Assembly: GCF_033153115.1 (NCBI RefSeq)
Contig: NW_026889778.1
Location: 21,204,001-21,268,000 of the forward strand
Origin: Saccostrea echinata
Taxonomy: Eukaryota
DNA: 64,000 nt
Direction: 5' to 3'
The position numbers and the translations under genes are program-made. The notes under the pieces were generated by a model. It had not been told where the DNA came from, made no database searches, and saw only the letters and a program-made list of their open reading frames with translations. Every line of letters starts with the position of its first letter. Position 1 is the first letter of the stretch. This document shows positions 52,966 through 64,000 of the stretch, piece after piece.

Positions 52966-54088
52966 ATCCAATTCATAAATTTGAAAATCTTCAATGCCAT
53001 TTATTAGATCTCTTAATAATTAGTGGTTTATATATTTATTTATTACATTTTTATAAATTTGAAAATTAGTGCAGCGTTTCAGAAGAACGACTTGCTGTAC
53101 GCTGGGGGTAATTCCAAGATAGTATTCAATGTATGGAATATATAAATAAAATTTTAAAAGGAACAATTACATGTACTGTATAGAAGAAATATTGTTATCA
53201 ATAAAAGATTAACGATAATTGAATAATAAAGCTAGACAGAATTGATAAATACTAGGGATGTCAAATCGGTCAATTTTTGATAATCGGTTACTCGGACATT
53301 TTTCCGATCGAGTACCCGGGTACTCGGATATGTAAATATAAGTGTGTTAATTTTTTCACAGGACTTCGCATACCTATCAATTTTACCGAAATATTTAGTA
53401 ATTATTATAGGCACTACGTATTTTTTATATTTACTGAAATTTTTGGTAAAATCGATAGGTACGCGAACTCCTGACAGGTGATTTTCTTGAGCCAAGTAAA
53501 TCTCTGTTAAACTTCAAAGCTGTATTTATCACGTTTATAAATGTATATATATACATGATATACATCGATTCCAACGGAAATGATTTTTGGTACTAAATTT
53601 ATTTATCAAATAAACACAAAAGACACAATTAATACATCAAAAATTACAAATGGTTTACAGTTCTTGTATAGGATCTATTTCATCAACGCAGAAGGACAAT
53701 CTGTTACGCAGGTTTGTGATGATTAGAGTTGCTGGGATCGCTAGTCTAATGATATTTCATATGTTGGTTGTTTCCCCCTTATACACTAAACTTACTACGC
53801 AAACTGACTTCCAAGATATTTTTAATCTATAGTTATTTCTAAACATTTCTTCACTTTTAAAGTGGGTACATGTAGCGGCATTTCTATGCATGTCCGATTT
53901 CGCTGCCGTATATTAACTAAATAATTTTAAAATGATTTGAAGATAATAGACCATACTTAAACGATATTCACTGAAAACAATCATGGAAGCCATCCAAAAA
54001 TTAAGGACCACGATAGGTGAGAAAAGCTGTGTACGGTGATTGATCACTAATTAATGACGACGCGCTAATTATCGTTTGCCATATATAA

Positions 54089-54089
<1 letters not shown>

Positions 54090-54154
<65 letters not shown>
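54090..54154. repeat. (TA)n microsatellite
   Basis: About 32 uninterrupted TA units inside the hAT element. Confidence 0.95.
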
Positions 54155-54156
<2 letters not shown>

Positions 54157-54260
54157 TTTGAAATAAGAAAAATTCACTTCCGAGTAACCGAGTACCATTT
54201 TTAGTATTCGATACGCGGACGTTCGATCGAGTACCCAGTTAACCGGGTACTCGTTGACAT

Positions 54261-54712
54261 CACTGGCGGATTTAAGGGGGGGGGCGTGGGGGGCGCACGA
54301 CCCCCCCCCCCCTTAAATTTTCAAATTATGATATGACTAATATCAATAATGCCATACTTTGGTATATAACAAACCAATACCGCTATTTTTGTGCCTGGTT
54401 TTACTCTTAAAATACACGAAAACCCAGGAGCTTCCGGGGGCTTCGCCCCCTGGGCCCCCTCTATTCAAAGTATGATATGACTAGTATTAATAATGCCAAA
54501 CTTTGGTACATATAAACTAACCAATACCCCTATTATTGTGCCTGGTTTTACTCTTAAAATACACGAAAACCCAGGAGCTTCCGGGGGCTTCGCCCCCTGG
54601 GCCCCCACCAGGGCTTCGCCCTGGACCCACTGGGGGCCTTAAGGCCCCAGACCCCCTGCCTGAACAAAGTTACCCACGCCCTCCCTATTTACAAATCCTG
54701 TATCCGCCCATG
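54261..54712. mobile_element. Nested GC-rich MITE with 5-bp TSD inserted in the right TIR of the hAT element
   Basis: GACAT-CACTGGCGGAT ... ATCCGCCCATG-GACAT. Internal ~140-bp tandem duplication (~54325-54460 vs ~54470-54607). GGGGC-TTC-GCCCC hairpins. Confidence 0.82.
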
Positions 54713-56280
54713 GACATCCCTAATAAATACCCTTCTTAACCGCAGATTCAGCCAAATTCAGGTAAAGAAATTAAAAGGAATAATTGCTATTACACAGCTT
54801 CTATTTTTTTTCTATTAACAAAAAAATGTAAAGGGATACGTACAGTTTTGGTAACTTAAAAAATAGTACTTACAACGATGTTTTAGTAACAGGCAAAAAC
54901 GATTTTGAGACATGGATACTTTTCAGTTTTAGAAAAGGGTGACAGGATTTGTCAGAAATCTTGTTGTTCTTACCTACCCTCACGGTTTCTTCTCAGAAAA
55001 ATTATTTTTCATTCCTAATGTATGTCTCCAAAGTGTCTTGTTTACAAAGACCCGGTTAGGAATAGGGTATTTATGTAAATGCAAAATGCAATCTGAATAA
55101 AAATATATATTTTATCGACTTGGTTAAAAAAGAACTTTATTTCTTTAACAAATAAAGATTAATTTCAAACGATCAAAAAACTGTTTCCATCAAGAATGCA
55201 CCTTTGATGATTATAGTTTTGAAGGAACATAGATCTATATGTACCACATGATGTAGCATGTACCATATAGACATGATGTAGCTAGACTAAAGTATACTGA
55301 CAGAGCATGAACTTCGTAATGAAAAATAACCTTGTCCATATTTAGTGTTATTATTTCCCCTTTCTTTTTGAATTCGTAACTGGTACAGAGAGAGACAAAA
55401 GTTGATGGACGATCATCTGGCGCCATTAGATTCTACTACACTTGCATTGCACGGGAGATAACTCGTAAGGTCTTCACAGTAAATGACGACCATATATCAT
55501 GTTGGAGACAAACTAGCAATAGCAAGGCCATTGATAGCCGTGTATTGTGATGCTGATGGAGAAGTTGTTTTATAAGTTCAAAACTTTGCAGTAAATCTTC
55601 AAATTGCATGATTGATATTTCTTGAATTCGTACCGTTTTCAGTTTAACTGCTATTTAAGAAACTATTACCGCATATCTTCATCAGAACCATAAAAAAAAA
55701 ATAACAGGAAAAAAAAAATCCCCATAGAAATGGAAGCAAACGACACCTATAATAAAACTGTAGACTAAGGGATGCGAGCTGTCATTAAAATCAAAACTTT
55801 AATATCCCCACCCTCACCACGACCTCTCATTTGTTCACCTTTGAAAATTGAGAATAAATATGTCAGATATATAGAGCTCAGAACAATACGGTCTTCACTC
55901 CCTCTCCAGTGCTTCTATAAGACGATGAATAAAATTAATCAAGTCAATGTTAATGATTTATTGATTGTATCCTACTGTAGTTTAAATGTTGCAATAACTC
56001 GCTAATTCCAGATTGTTTACAATCTTCCTTTGCTTTTTCCATGAGATGAATCTAAGGCATATTAATTAATATGCATGTATATTTTCTAGAGAACATCATT
56101 CTTTTTTATTTAGAAAACATGCCTCTTAGTGATTGTTTCTCTTAATGTGGGTCCCTACTTTTTGGTTAAGTAAATTGTTCTTTTTTCTTGGAATCATTAG
56201 AATAACACCTTGGGCAATGAAAAAAGTCCCAAAAATGCACATCTTGAGAGGTCACGTTTCTACGGAAGCCCAGATAAAGC

Positions 56281-56576
56281 AGGACCTATCAAAAATATTT
56301 TTGAATTTGATATAATGAATTGTTAAATTTGTCAAAACTAATTTAATTCGTTGTATCAAATAATTGAATTCGTCATAACGAATTTCATTTGTTATAAGAA
56401 ATTTTCTTAATTCGTTGTAACGAATTCAAAAATTTGTAACAACAAACTTAATTCGTTTAAATGAATTCTAAAAGCTGTTATTTCGATTTAAATTCGTTTA
56501 AACGGATTTTTAAATTTGTTTTAAGGAATTCGAAATTCGTTATATCGAATTCATAAATATTTTTTCGATAGGCCCT
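56281..56576. mobile_element. MITE-like element with internal short palindromic repeats
   Basis: AGGACCTATCAAAAATATTT / AAATATTTTTTCGATAGGCCCT inverted termini. Interior built of AATTCGTT..AACGAATT units, which continue to ~56675. Confidence 0.65.
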
Positions 56577-59500
56577 AAGTGTCGAATTCGATTAAACAAA
56601 TTTAATTCGTTATAACAAAGAATTTGTTTAAACGAATTTAAGTCGGTAAATTCGTTATAATAACAAAATTCGTTTTAGACCTTTTTACAGCTTCTAAGAA
56701 GCTAAGTTACTGGAATTGTTTTTTTTTTAAAGAAAAGTCTTTATTTTCAGGGGGAAAAATTCTATTACAAATGTAATTCTGTGTTTGTATACTACAATGT
56801 ATGATTCTACAAACTCAACATTTTGTATTAAATGATCAGAACTTCTTTAGAAATCCAGTCAAGTACACACTTCTCTGCAACTGAATGCAATAACTACGGT
56901 CATTCTTTTACGTTCTACTAATGATCTTTTATTTTCAATACTGCACTACATGTAACTATTGTTGACGTCATTCGTGTAGGGAGCTACCTTAACATACAGT
57001 GTAATTCTTTATTGAATGCATGGGCTTAGTTGGGTATTTTTTAATGTACATTTAAGAAGGGGTGTCTAATATTTCAAAATTGTTCTAAAGCCAAAAAGAG
57101 GGATAAGAAATTCCAAGATTGCATCTGTAATCGATATTTAAGCAATATAAAAACTGTAGACTTTTTTCATAGCCTGGGGTCCAAGCCACGGTATTGTTGA
57201 TGTTACATTTGTTCTCACTATTAAATAAGTAAGCCTCGGGAAAATGACAATTCTAGGAACTGCAAGCCCTTAAATCCTCTTGAAACCCCTCATACTCGAA
57301 TATCTAAGAGTTTGTAATTATTAAAAATATTTCCAGGGAAGCTAGGGGAAATTCATCACTTGTTCTGCATGCTGAAACAGTATTTCTTGAACAGTGTAAG
57401 CAAATTGAGAAGTAAACGTCACGCACTTACCTAAATAATTGTTAATGCATCATTCTTACGAATATAATTTGAATTTCAATATATAGTTAAATTTAAAAGT
57501 ACATGTTGTGGCAAACTAAACTATAAACTGTTGTTTTGCTTAAATTCAAATTGATCATCTTTTCACTGAATTTAAAATATTTAGCATCAGAAAACTTTCC
57601 TTGTTAAATATGTTATGCATGCATGCGTGCGTGCATATACACAAACAAATCGTGTGGTTGTTTTATTGAAAAATCACTTTTCGTGCTTCGAGTATTAATC
57701 CTTCATACTTTTACCACTTCTAAGGGGTTGATGACCTCTGTAAATATGCTCCCTATGTACAATACATATAATTATGCTGTCAGACAAATCTTTAAAACAC
57801 TATATAATGTCTGTACCATTCAAAACCCGGCAAATCTTGTCTCAATAACCCATTATACATAGCTGTTATGCCTCTTGAATATATCTACCTTGTTATTTAC
57901 AATGATAATATAATATTCTAAACTCAAGGTCACTGATATATATTGCTTTACCCGAATTTTCTCTGACCGGATTGGACAAGCGGGGTAGGTCTTGTGATGT
58001 CTCCAGCACAATTTAAATGATAATCAGCAGGTTCTTAGCAGTCACAATTGCTGACTGGATCAGATTTATATATTTATGACGTGATTTTATCGTTATCTAC
58101 AACATTTATTTGTTTTCTAATAGGTAGCTACAGACAGCAACTGGAATTTGAGGACAATGCATTATCACTATTTAAATAGGTTATACCTTTCTAACCTAGT
58201 CAGACCATCACAATTTCTTGACCATGCGTGTCCTATGTACACTCGTAATAGAGAGTGATGTGTACTTTTACAATATTTTGCGCCCAAACAGGTCAACTGA
58301 TTCACCATTAAAATGTGACAGCACTTAATTCATGCTGAATAACAAATAATTTCTTGGAACAAAAAGAAACTGTAGTTCTACCACTATCTTGAAGATTTTA
58401 ACTCCAGTAAATTAAGACATTTTATCAATTTTATGGCTGCCTTTACATTTATAATCTTCTCTCAATCAAACGAAATAGTTCATTATTTCTACAGTCTATC
58501 TAACAGCGAAACAAAGTGTTTATTACAATAATCAGGCCAGATTTGTTTGTTTGGCTGGTTTATAATTGGTTGATGTTCTGACTTCTAGAGGTTCCCCTAT
58601 CCGTCCGAGTGTCTCAAGATTAACTAGGTTCAGTGCTTAGATAACTTTTTCAGCAGCTTTCCCTAAATATCTAAAGGGGTTATCCTAAAGCAAACTTGCA
58701 ATTTTGAAATGACGCATACGATATGCTCATATGCGTACATGTACATGCATAATTGATGCTTCCTCTGGGTGCTGCATCTGCATGACCTCTATTTTACGCT
58801 TTTATGACGAAGATTCAACGCAAAAATATGCTTTGTGTGTAGATTACTAAGTATGTGTACTCTGCGACTTATCTGAAGGGGTAACAAAAGAAAACTTGCA
58901 GATATGGCTACATGTATATCTATGGATAGTTCATGTTATGGCAGGGGTGATCCTGACCTACATGTAAATTCTATTTTTTTTTTGTGTGACTCCATGTAAT
59001 TCAGCTTTTCTGTCTGTTTCAAAGGGAAATTACGTATTTAATGTATCAGTGCATGATGTTAAGAGTATTACAGAAGCTTTGGATGCAGCGTCTTACTACA
59101 TGTATAGTACTTCCGGTCTACATTCTAAGGATTCCAGTTTAAGTTCATTGCTTTGTTTGATTGTTCTCACTTATCACAAATGGTATTCAAACCAGAATTA
59201 ATTTGATGCATTTTTGGGTGCTTGAACTGATGGATGCATATATGTACCTGTAGAATGCTGTGTGTGAGTCAATCTTATGCTTGAATGACTCTGATTTAGT
59301 TCAATATTAAGGCATGGTATAAGCTTATTATAATTATCATAAGAGATGTGAACAAATCGAACATATGTGCAAATGGTACAAGATTCACGGGCTGCAACTG
59401 ATATGCGTTGTAAACTTTAGTAACTCATGTTAGGTGCAATGTTTAAGCATGGTATACTTTATCATAAGTTATAAATAAAAACCGCATCTGCACACATTGT

Positions 59501-59636
59501 ATATTTGAATGTTTTGAAATAGTTCTGCATTCAATAGATGCTACATCTGACTTAAATTGTACTCTCCATTAAATAGGGGGAAAAAGGAATTAAAGAAATA
59601 TGTATAGTATCATCTACTGATACTTTGTTAATGCAA

Positions 59637-60506
59637 TTTTATGCCCCCGTAATCGAAGATTCGGGGGTAGAAGTTTTTGCCCTGTCCTTCCGTCTGTCTG
59701 TCTCTTTGTCTGTTTGTCCGCAAAAAAACATTAACATTGTCCATAACTTTTGATTGGTTGGGGCTCTTTTTTTTTATATTTCACGTGTATTCCTTGTGAC
59801 AAGACCTTTCCTTGGGTACCAGCATACTTGACCTCTAGACTTTTACCTTGGAGTTTGACCCACTTTTGGAAAAATTTACCCAACTTTAATCTTGATCATA
59901 ACTTTTGAACAGTTAATGCTAGGGCTCTCATATATTACATGTATATTTATTGTGACAAGACCTTTCTATGGGTGTAAATATTTTTGACCTTTTGACCTTG
60001 ACCTTAGAGTTTGACCAACTTTAAAAAAAACCTTTACCTTGGCCATAAGTTTTAAACAATTAGTACTAGGACTTTCAAATTTCACAGGTGTATTTCATGT
60101 GAAGAGTTCTTCCTTGGGATACCAATAACTTTGACCTTTTGACCTTGGAGTTTGACATACGTTTGAAAAACGTTAACCTTCGCCATAACTTTTGAATAGT
60201 TGGTGCTAGGGCATTTATATTTTGCATGTGTATTTCTTACGACAAGGTCATCACCTGCATACCATTAATTTTGACCCCTTGACCTTGGAGTTTGACCCAC
60301 GTTTAGAAAATATTAACCTTGACCATAACTTTTGAATGGCTGGTACTTAGACATACCAGGTATATCCATTGACACAGGTCCTTTCTTTGGGTAACAACAA
60401 TTTTGATCTCTTGACCTTAGAGTTTGAATTGCATTTGAGAAACTTTAACCTTTGCCATAATAAGCTGCCATTAGGGGGCATCAGTGTTTCACAAACACAT
60501 CTTGTT
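59637..60506 (-). mobile_element. Helentron-type non-autonomous element (HINE-like) with central ~140-155-bp tandem array
   Basis: Minus strand starts AACAAGATGTGTTTGTGAAACAC. Subterminal inverted repeat ATGCCCCC/GGGGGCAT. About 5 tandem units (CCATAACTTTTGA at ~59741, 59896, 60043, 60183, 60323, 60455). (GTCT)n microsatellite. Terminal hairpin CCCCCGTAATC-GAA-GATTCGGGGG next to a T-run. Confidence 0.82.
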
Positions 60507-63500
60507 TGCATTGTTTTTTGATTTGGGAGAGGCACATCTGTTCCTTTAGGACAAGTCTATTATGGGGGAGGGGGTAATTTGTTTGATTGTGACTAAAGGT
60601 TTTTTTTATTCTTTTTGTTGAGGAGGAAGGTCTATTTCTTTTTCCTTTTTTGAACCTGTACACTAAATCCGATATCTCTCTATAGATACATGACGGTGTA
60701 TAATATTTGTTCTAAGTCTTAATCTATTTCATTATCGGTAAGAATAAGGTCATTAGGGTAACCTTAATTGAGAAATTAAAAGACAAAGCCTTTTAATGAA
60801 ATCTGATTATTTCCGGAATAAATAAGACAATGCATGAATAATGTAATCATCAACTTTGCTTAATCAGATAACTCTATCAACAAAAGAGACTGTAAGGTTC
60901 GTCACCGGGCCATTGTATTTATAATTAAGATGAAAATTATAATTTTGGTCATTAAACAATTACCACTGCTTTAATAAGGCTTCAAAGATGCCTCTGACTT
61001 TAGCACAGGAAATCTTTCAACAAATCTGAACTTTAGTAAAAGACATAGAAAATAAATGTTGAAACCGCGATATGAAAATATTGTCTTCAATCTTTGAAGT
61101 TACATGTAAGTTAAGTACAAAATGAAGCAGAAAAATGAAATATCACTGCATAAACCAGGATTTCTCTTTAATTTGACATTTTGGCAAACTAAAAGAGCAT
61201 GTGACATTAACGTCAACATCACATATGAATAGCTGAAACAAGAATTAGGCTTCAAAAAAGTACAAACGTATTATACATGTGAAATATATAGTTAGGTTAA
61301 TACACGCATTGTGTGTTTTGGAACCTAGATGCAGAAAATATTTGTATTGCGAAATTATTGTCCCTAAAATATTGTTATCAATACATGGACTGATAAACTA
61401 GTTATACATTGCGCTAGCCATCAATTGATAATTCATACCCTAAGTCACGATGCCAAGTGGGTTAATTGATAATTTTGTAGGTTATGGTTTTACATGTATA
61501 TTATCAAATTAATTATCTTTTCTGCTTTATGTATAAGATGATTATGAAAATTTAATGAAAAAAACATGTAATGTATTACTATGTAGGTCAGGATATGAAA
61601 ATAATATTAAAGAAAAGGGAATATGTCTAGTAATACTTCATATTATCAATGGCATAGGATAATCATATTATTTATATATATACAAGTTTACGATATGCCC
61701 ATAACACAAAATCTAGTATTTTTTATTGAATAATGCTAATAAGAATTTTAAAAGGAAAAACATTTCCCTTTTTAATGCAGTTCATCTAAAGTGTGTCAAA
61801 TAATAATACGTGAGACTTTTTAAATGTGAATCACCTTGAAGGACACATGCTACAAACAAACTCTTTCTTTAAAATTAAAAATCATGAAAATAAAAACTAA
61901 ATCTATGTTTGTATACTATAAATAAAATGAATAAGTTTAGCCAGATAAAGTCTAATCACTTTTTCAAGGTTTCTCAATACAAAAAAAATCAAGCTACATG
62001 TATTATCTCCTATAAAGTGATTTAAAATGATTATATTTATACGTCGGGTATACCTATGCATACTACAAGTGCAGTCTCTCGGTACTGCAGATTTGCCAGT
62101 GAAGAATGCTTGCCTTCCCAAACCTTTTTTTCAGTCTCCCCATTATTTATCTGTAGAACTTTTTTGTGATAGTACCTAGAGATATATGTGTTTGAAGTAC
62201 ATATATAAGTAAAGGCTATTAGTTGGTGGTCTTAATCTTTGTAAAAATTTCATTTTCTGCATACATATACATCATGTATTTCACTTTTATATGTGTTCGT
62301 GTGTATATGTATGTAGTGATGTATTTTGTGTGATATTCTTATGAACACTTTGTATACTGTTCATTAATCACTGCAAGGTGGAAATAAAGTATGAATAAAT
62401 AAACCAAAGTAAGTCCAAAAACATATATAAAATCCATGCATCCGATCTTTCGTTTGCAGAATGTTTCCTTAAGACAGAGTTGAAACAGTGTTCTCAAGTT
62501 TTTGGCTACACATTAACCCGATTGCCTTTCGTCAGATTCTGAAACAAGTATACAGCTAAACAAAGGAACAGCCTTCCTAGCGACGTCACATGTTAGTATA
62601 GTGACACTGAGACTGCCCGGGAGATTTGAAATTTAAAAATGAAAATGGCACACATGCATTTCTGGTAGATGACCATGATTTTTCACATAATACGCATCTT
62701 TTGAGTATTCCCTCTCTAGAATTGCCTGTTTACATGTACCTTCATTATATTGTCATTATTTTGTTTACCTTTCTATTTATATTGTCATCATTTTTTCAAC
62801 ATTCCATTTTGACATTATTTTTTCAACAATCTGAAGAGGCAGCTGGACAAATATTGACGTCATGCAACGTGTATGGTTCCTTTCAAGAACTGTTTAATAA
62901 AAAAGTGCAGTTGCTGGAATTTACTTACTGCAGGACAAGGTGTTTGAAAGCTCGTAAGGAAAAACGCAAAAGTGATCTACTCGGTTGCTTTACTAAGATA
63001 ATTTTGAGCTCGTATGTTCATTAAAAGTGCATGTTCGTGCACGTTCATTTTTCTTACAAATACCTTTATTGTTTAAGTTTCTATAGTAGATTTTATAAAC
63101 AAGTATTTATGTTTCTTTTGCCGAAAATCAAACCCCCTGAATTGCTACTCAGCAAGCACAAGAAAAAAATCGAACCCAGTGTGCTTAATGATATACACAT
63201 TTTTAGGTCTACACTCTATTGTTCCTTGGAAAAATATCGTTTCCTTCAGTTTTAGGTACTGTGTTACATGTATTTACTTTTAGACAAAGCAAGTCTCGAG
63301 TATCATCTTTGCTTTAAATGAAGTAGTACAAGGTCACGAAAAGGAGGTTTAAAAGTTTATCTTTCTTGTGATCGCTTATTGCATGTACTTTGCACACAAT
63401 AACACTTGACGCACATGTACAGAGCTCTCTGATAAGGGCAAAGTTAAAGATTATCGGAAATCTTCCTTGTTTGAAGGCGTGGCCTACTGTTCCACTTCAT

Positions 63501-64000
63501 GGTGGGAAAAATTTCATTGAAAGTTTATTTTCGATGTTATATATTCAGATTGATTGTCAAAAAGTTAGAAAAGATTAGGTTATTCTATTATCGGTACATG
63601 TAATTGGTAAGCAACATGGATGTTATAAATGTTTAATCTAATAGTATGTTCCACGTTGCATTTCCACTTCATTTTTAGCGATAAAAGTAGCAATAAAATT
63701 ATGACATATCTTCAAAGAGAAAGACAAATCAACATTATAGAATTATAATTACATGTACAAAGAAATACAAGCCATTTCCTAAATTCGATACACACAACTT
63801 GAAACAAATTATGACACGATTTTGCAAAATTTTTAAAATCAGCCATTTCTAAAGCATACGAGTGAGTAGTCATTTTCAGAGATTAGCTTGCTCCGGTCCA
63901 TAAATTAAACTGAGTTCAGTTTTTGATCTCAATCTGACTTTTATTAAAGGAATTTATTGAGACTGAGATCAAATATGAGGTCATTTAAGTTTTACCTTCA

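Larger units (their letters stand above)
53253..54722. mobile_element. hAT-superfamily non-autonomous element with perfect 8-bp TSD
   Basis: ATAAATAC-TAGGGATGTCAA ... (TT)GACATCCCTA-ATAAATAC (TSD 53245-53252 and 54723-54730). Subterminal GAGTACCC/GGTACTCG repeats at both ends. Confidence 0.88.

Noticed and set aside
59740-60460. CRISPR-like repeat-spacer array
   Set aside because: Eukaryotic context, whole units are homologous with no unique spacers, and no cas genes.
55000-64000. Possible gene, including ORF 62626..63024 and isolated splice-like sites
   Set aside because: No chain of in-phase exons or recognisable protein motif could be assembled. UTR or intronic sequence of a neighbouring gene cannot be excluded.

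Overview
AT-rich eukaryotic (metazoan) genomic DNA with GT-AG introns. The repeat content (Helentron-type non-autonomous elements, a tRNA/Deu-type SINE, abundant TACATGTA) points by inference to a bivalve mollusc, probably an oyster. Five protein-coding genes were reconstructed by hand from splice signals and reading phase. (1) A minus-strand type II membrane protein with an IgGFc-binding (FCGBP N-terminal) domain, carrying a 1-nt frameshift and running off the left edge. (2) A Toll-like receptor. (3) A minus-strand protein starting MGGNLSC (N-myristoylation/palmitoylation motif) with a CARD and RI-type LRRs but no NACHT domain. (4) SSR4/TRAP-delta. (5) A ~1675-aa class C GPCR whose ectodomain is three tandem Venus-flytrap modules, with an intron at the same position in each. 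The triple-VFT GPCR and the acylated NACHT-less CARD-LRR protein are the most unusual items. Intergenic DNA holds nested MITEs with readable TSDs, SINEs, a Penelope-like RT remnant, Helitron/Helentron pieces, and several long palindromes unrelated in sequence that share a strand-specific GA-mismatch/GNA-loop tip. No coding gene could be supported in about 5-16 kb or 55-64 kb. All family assignments come from motif recognition by eye; no database search was run.
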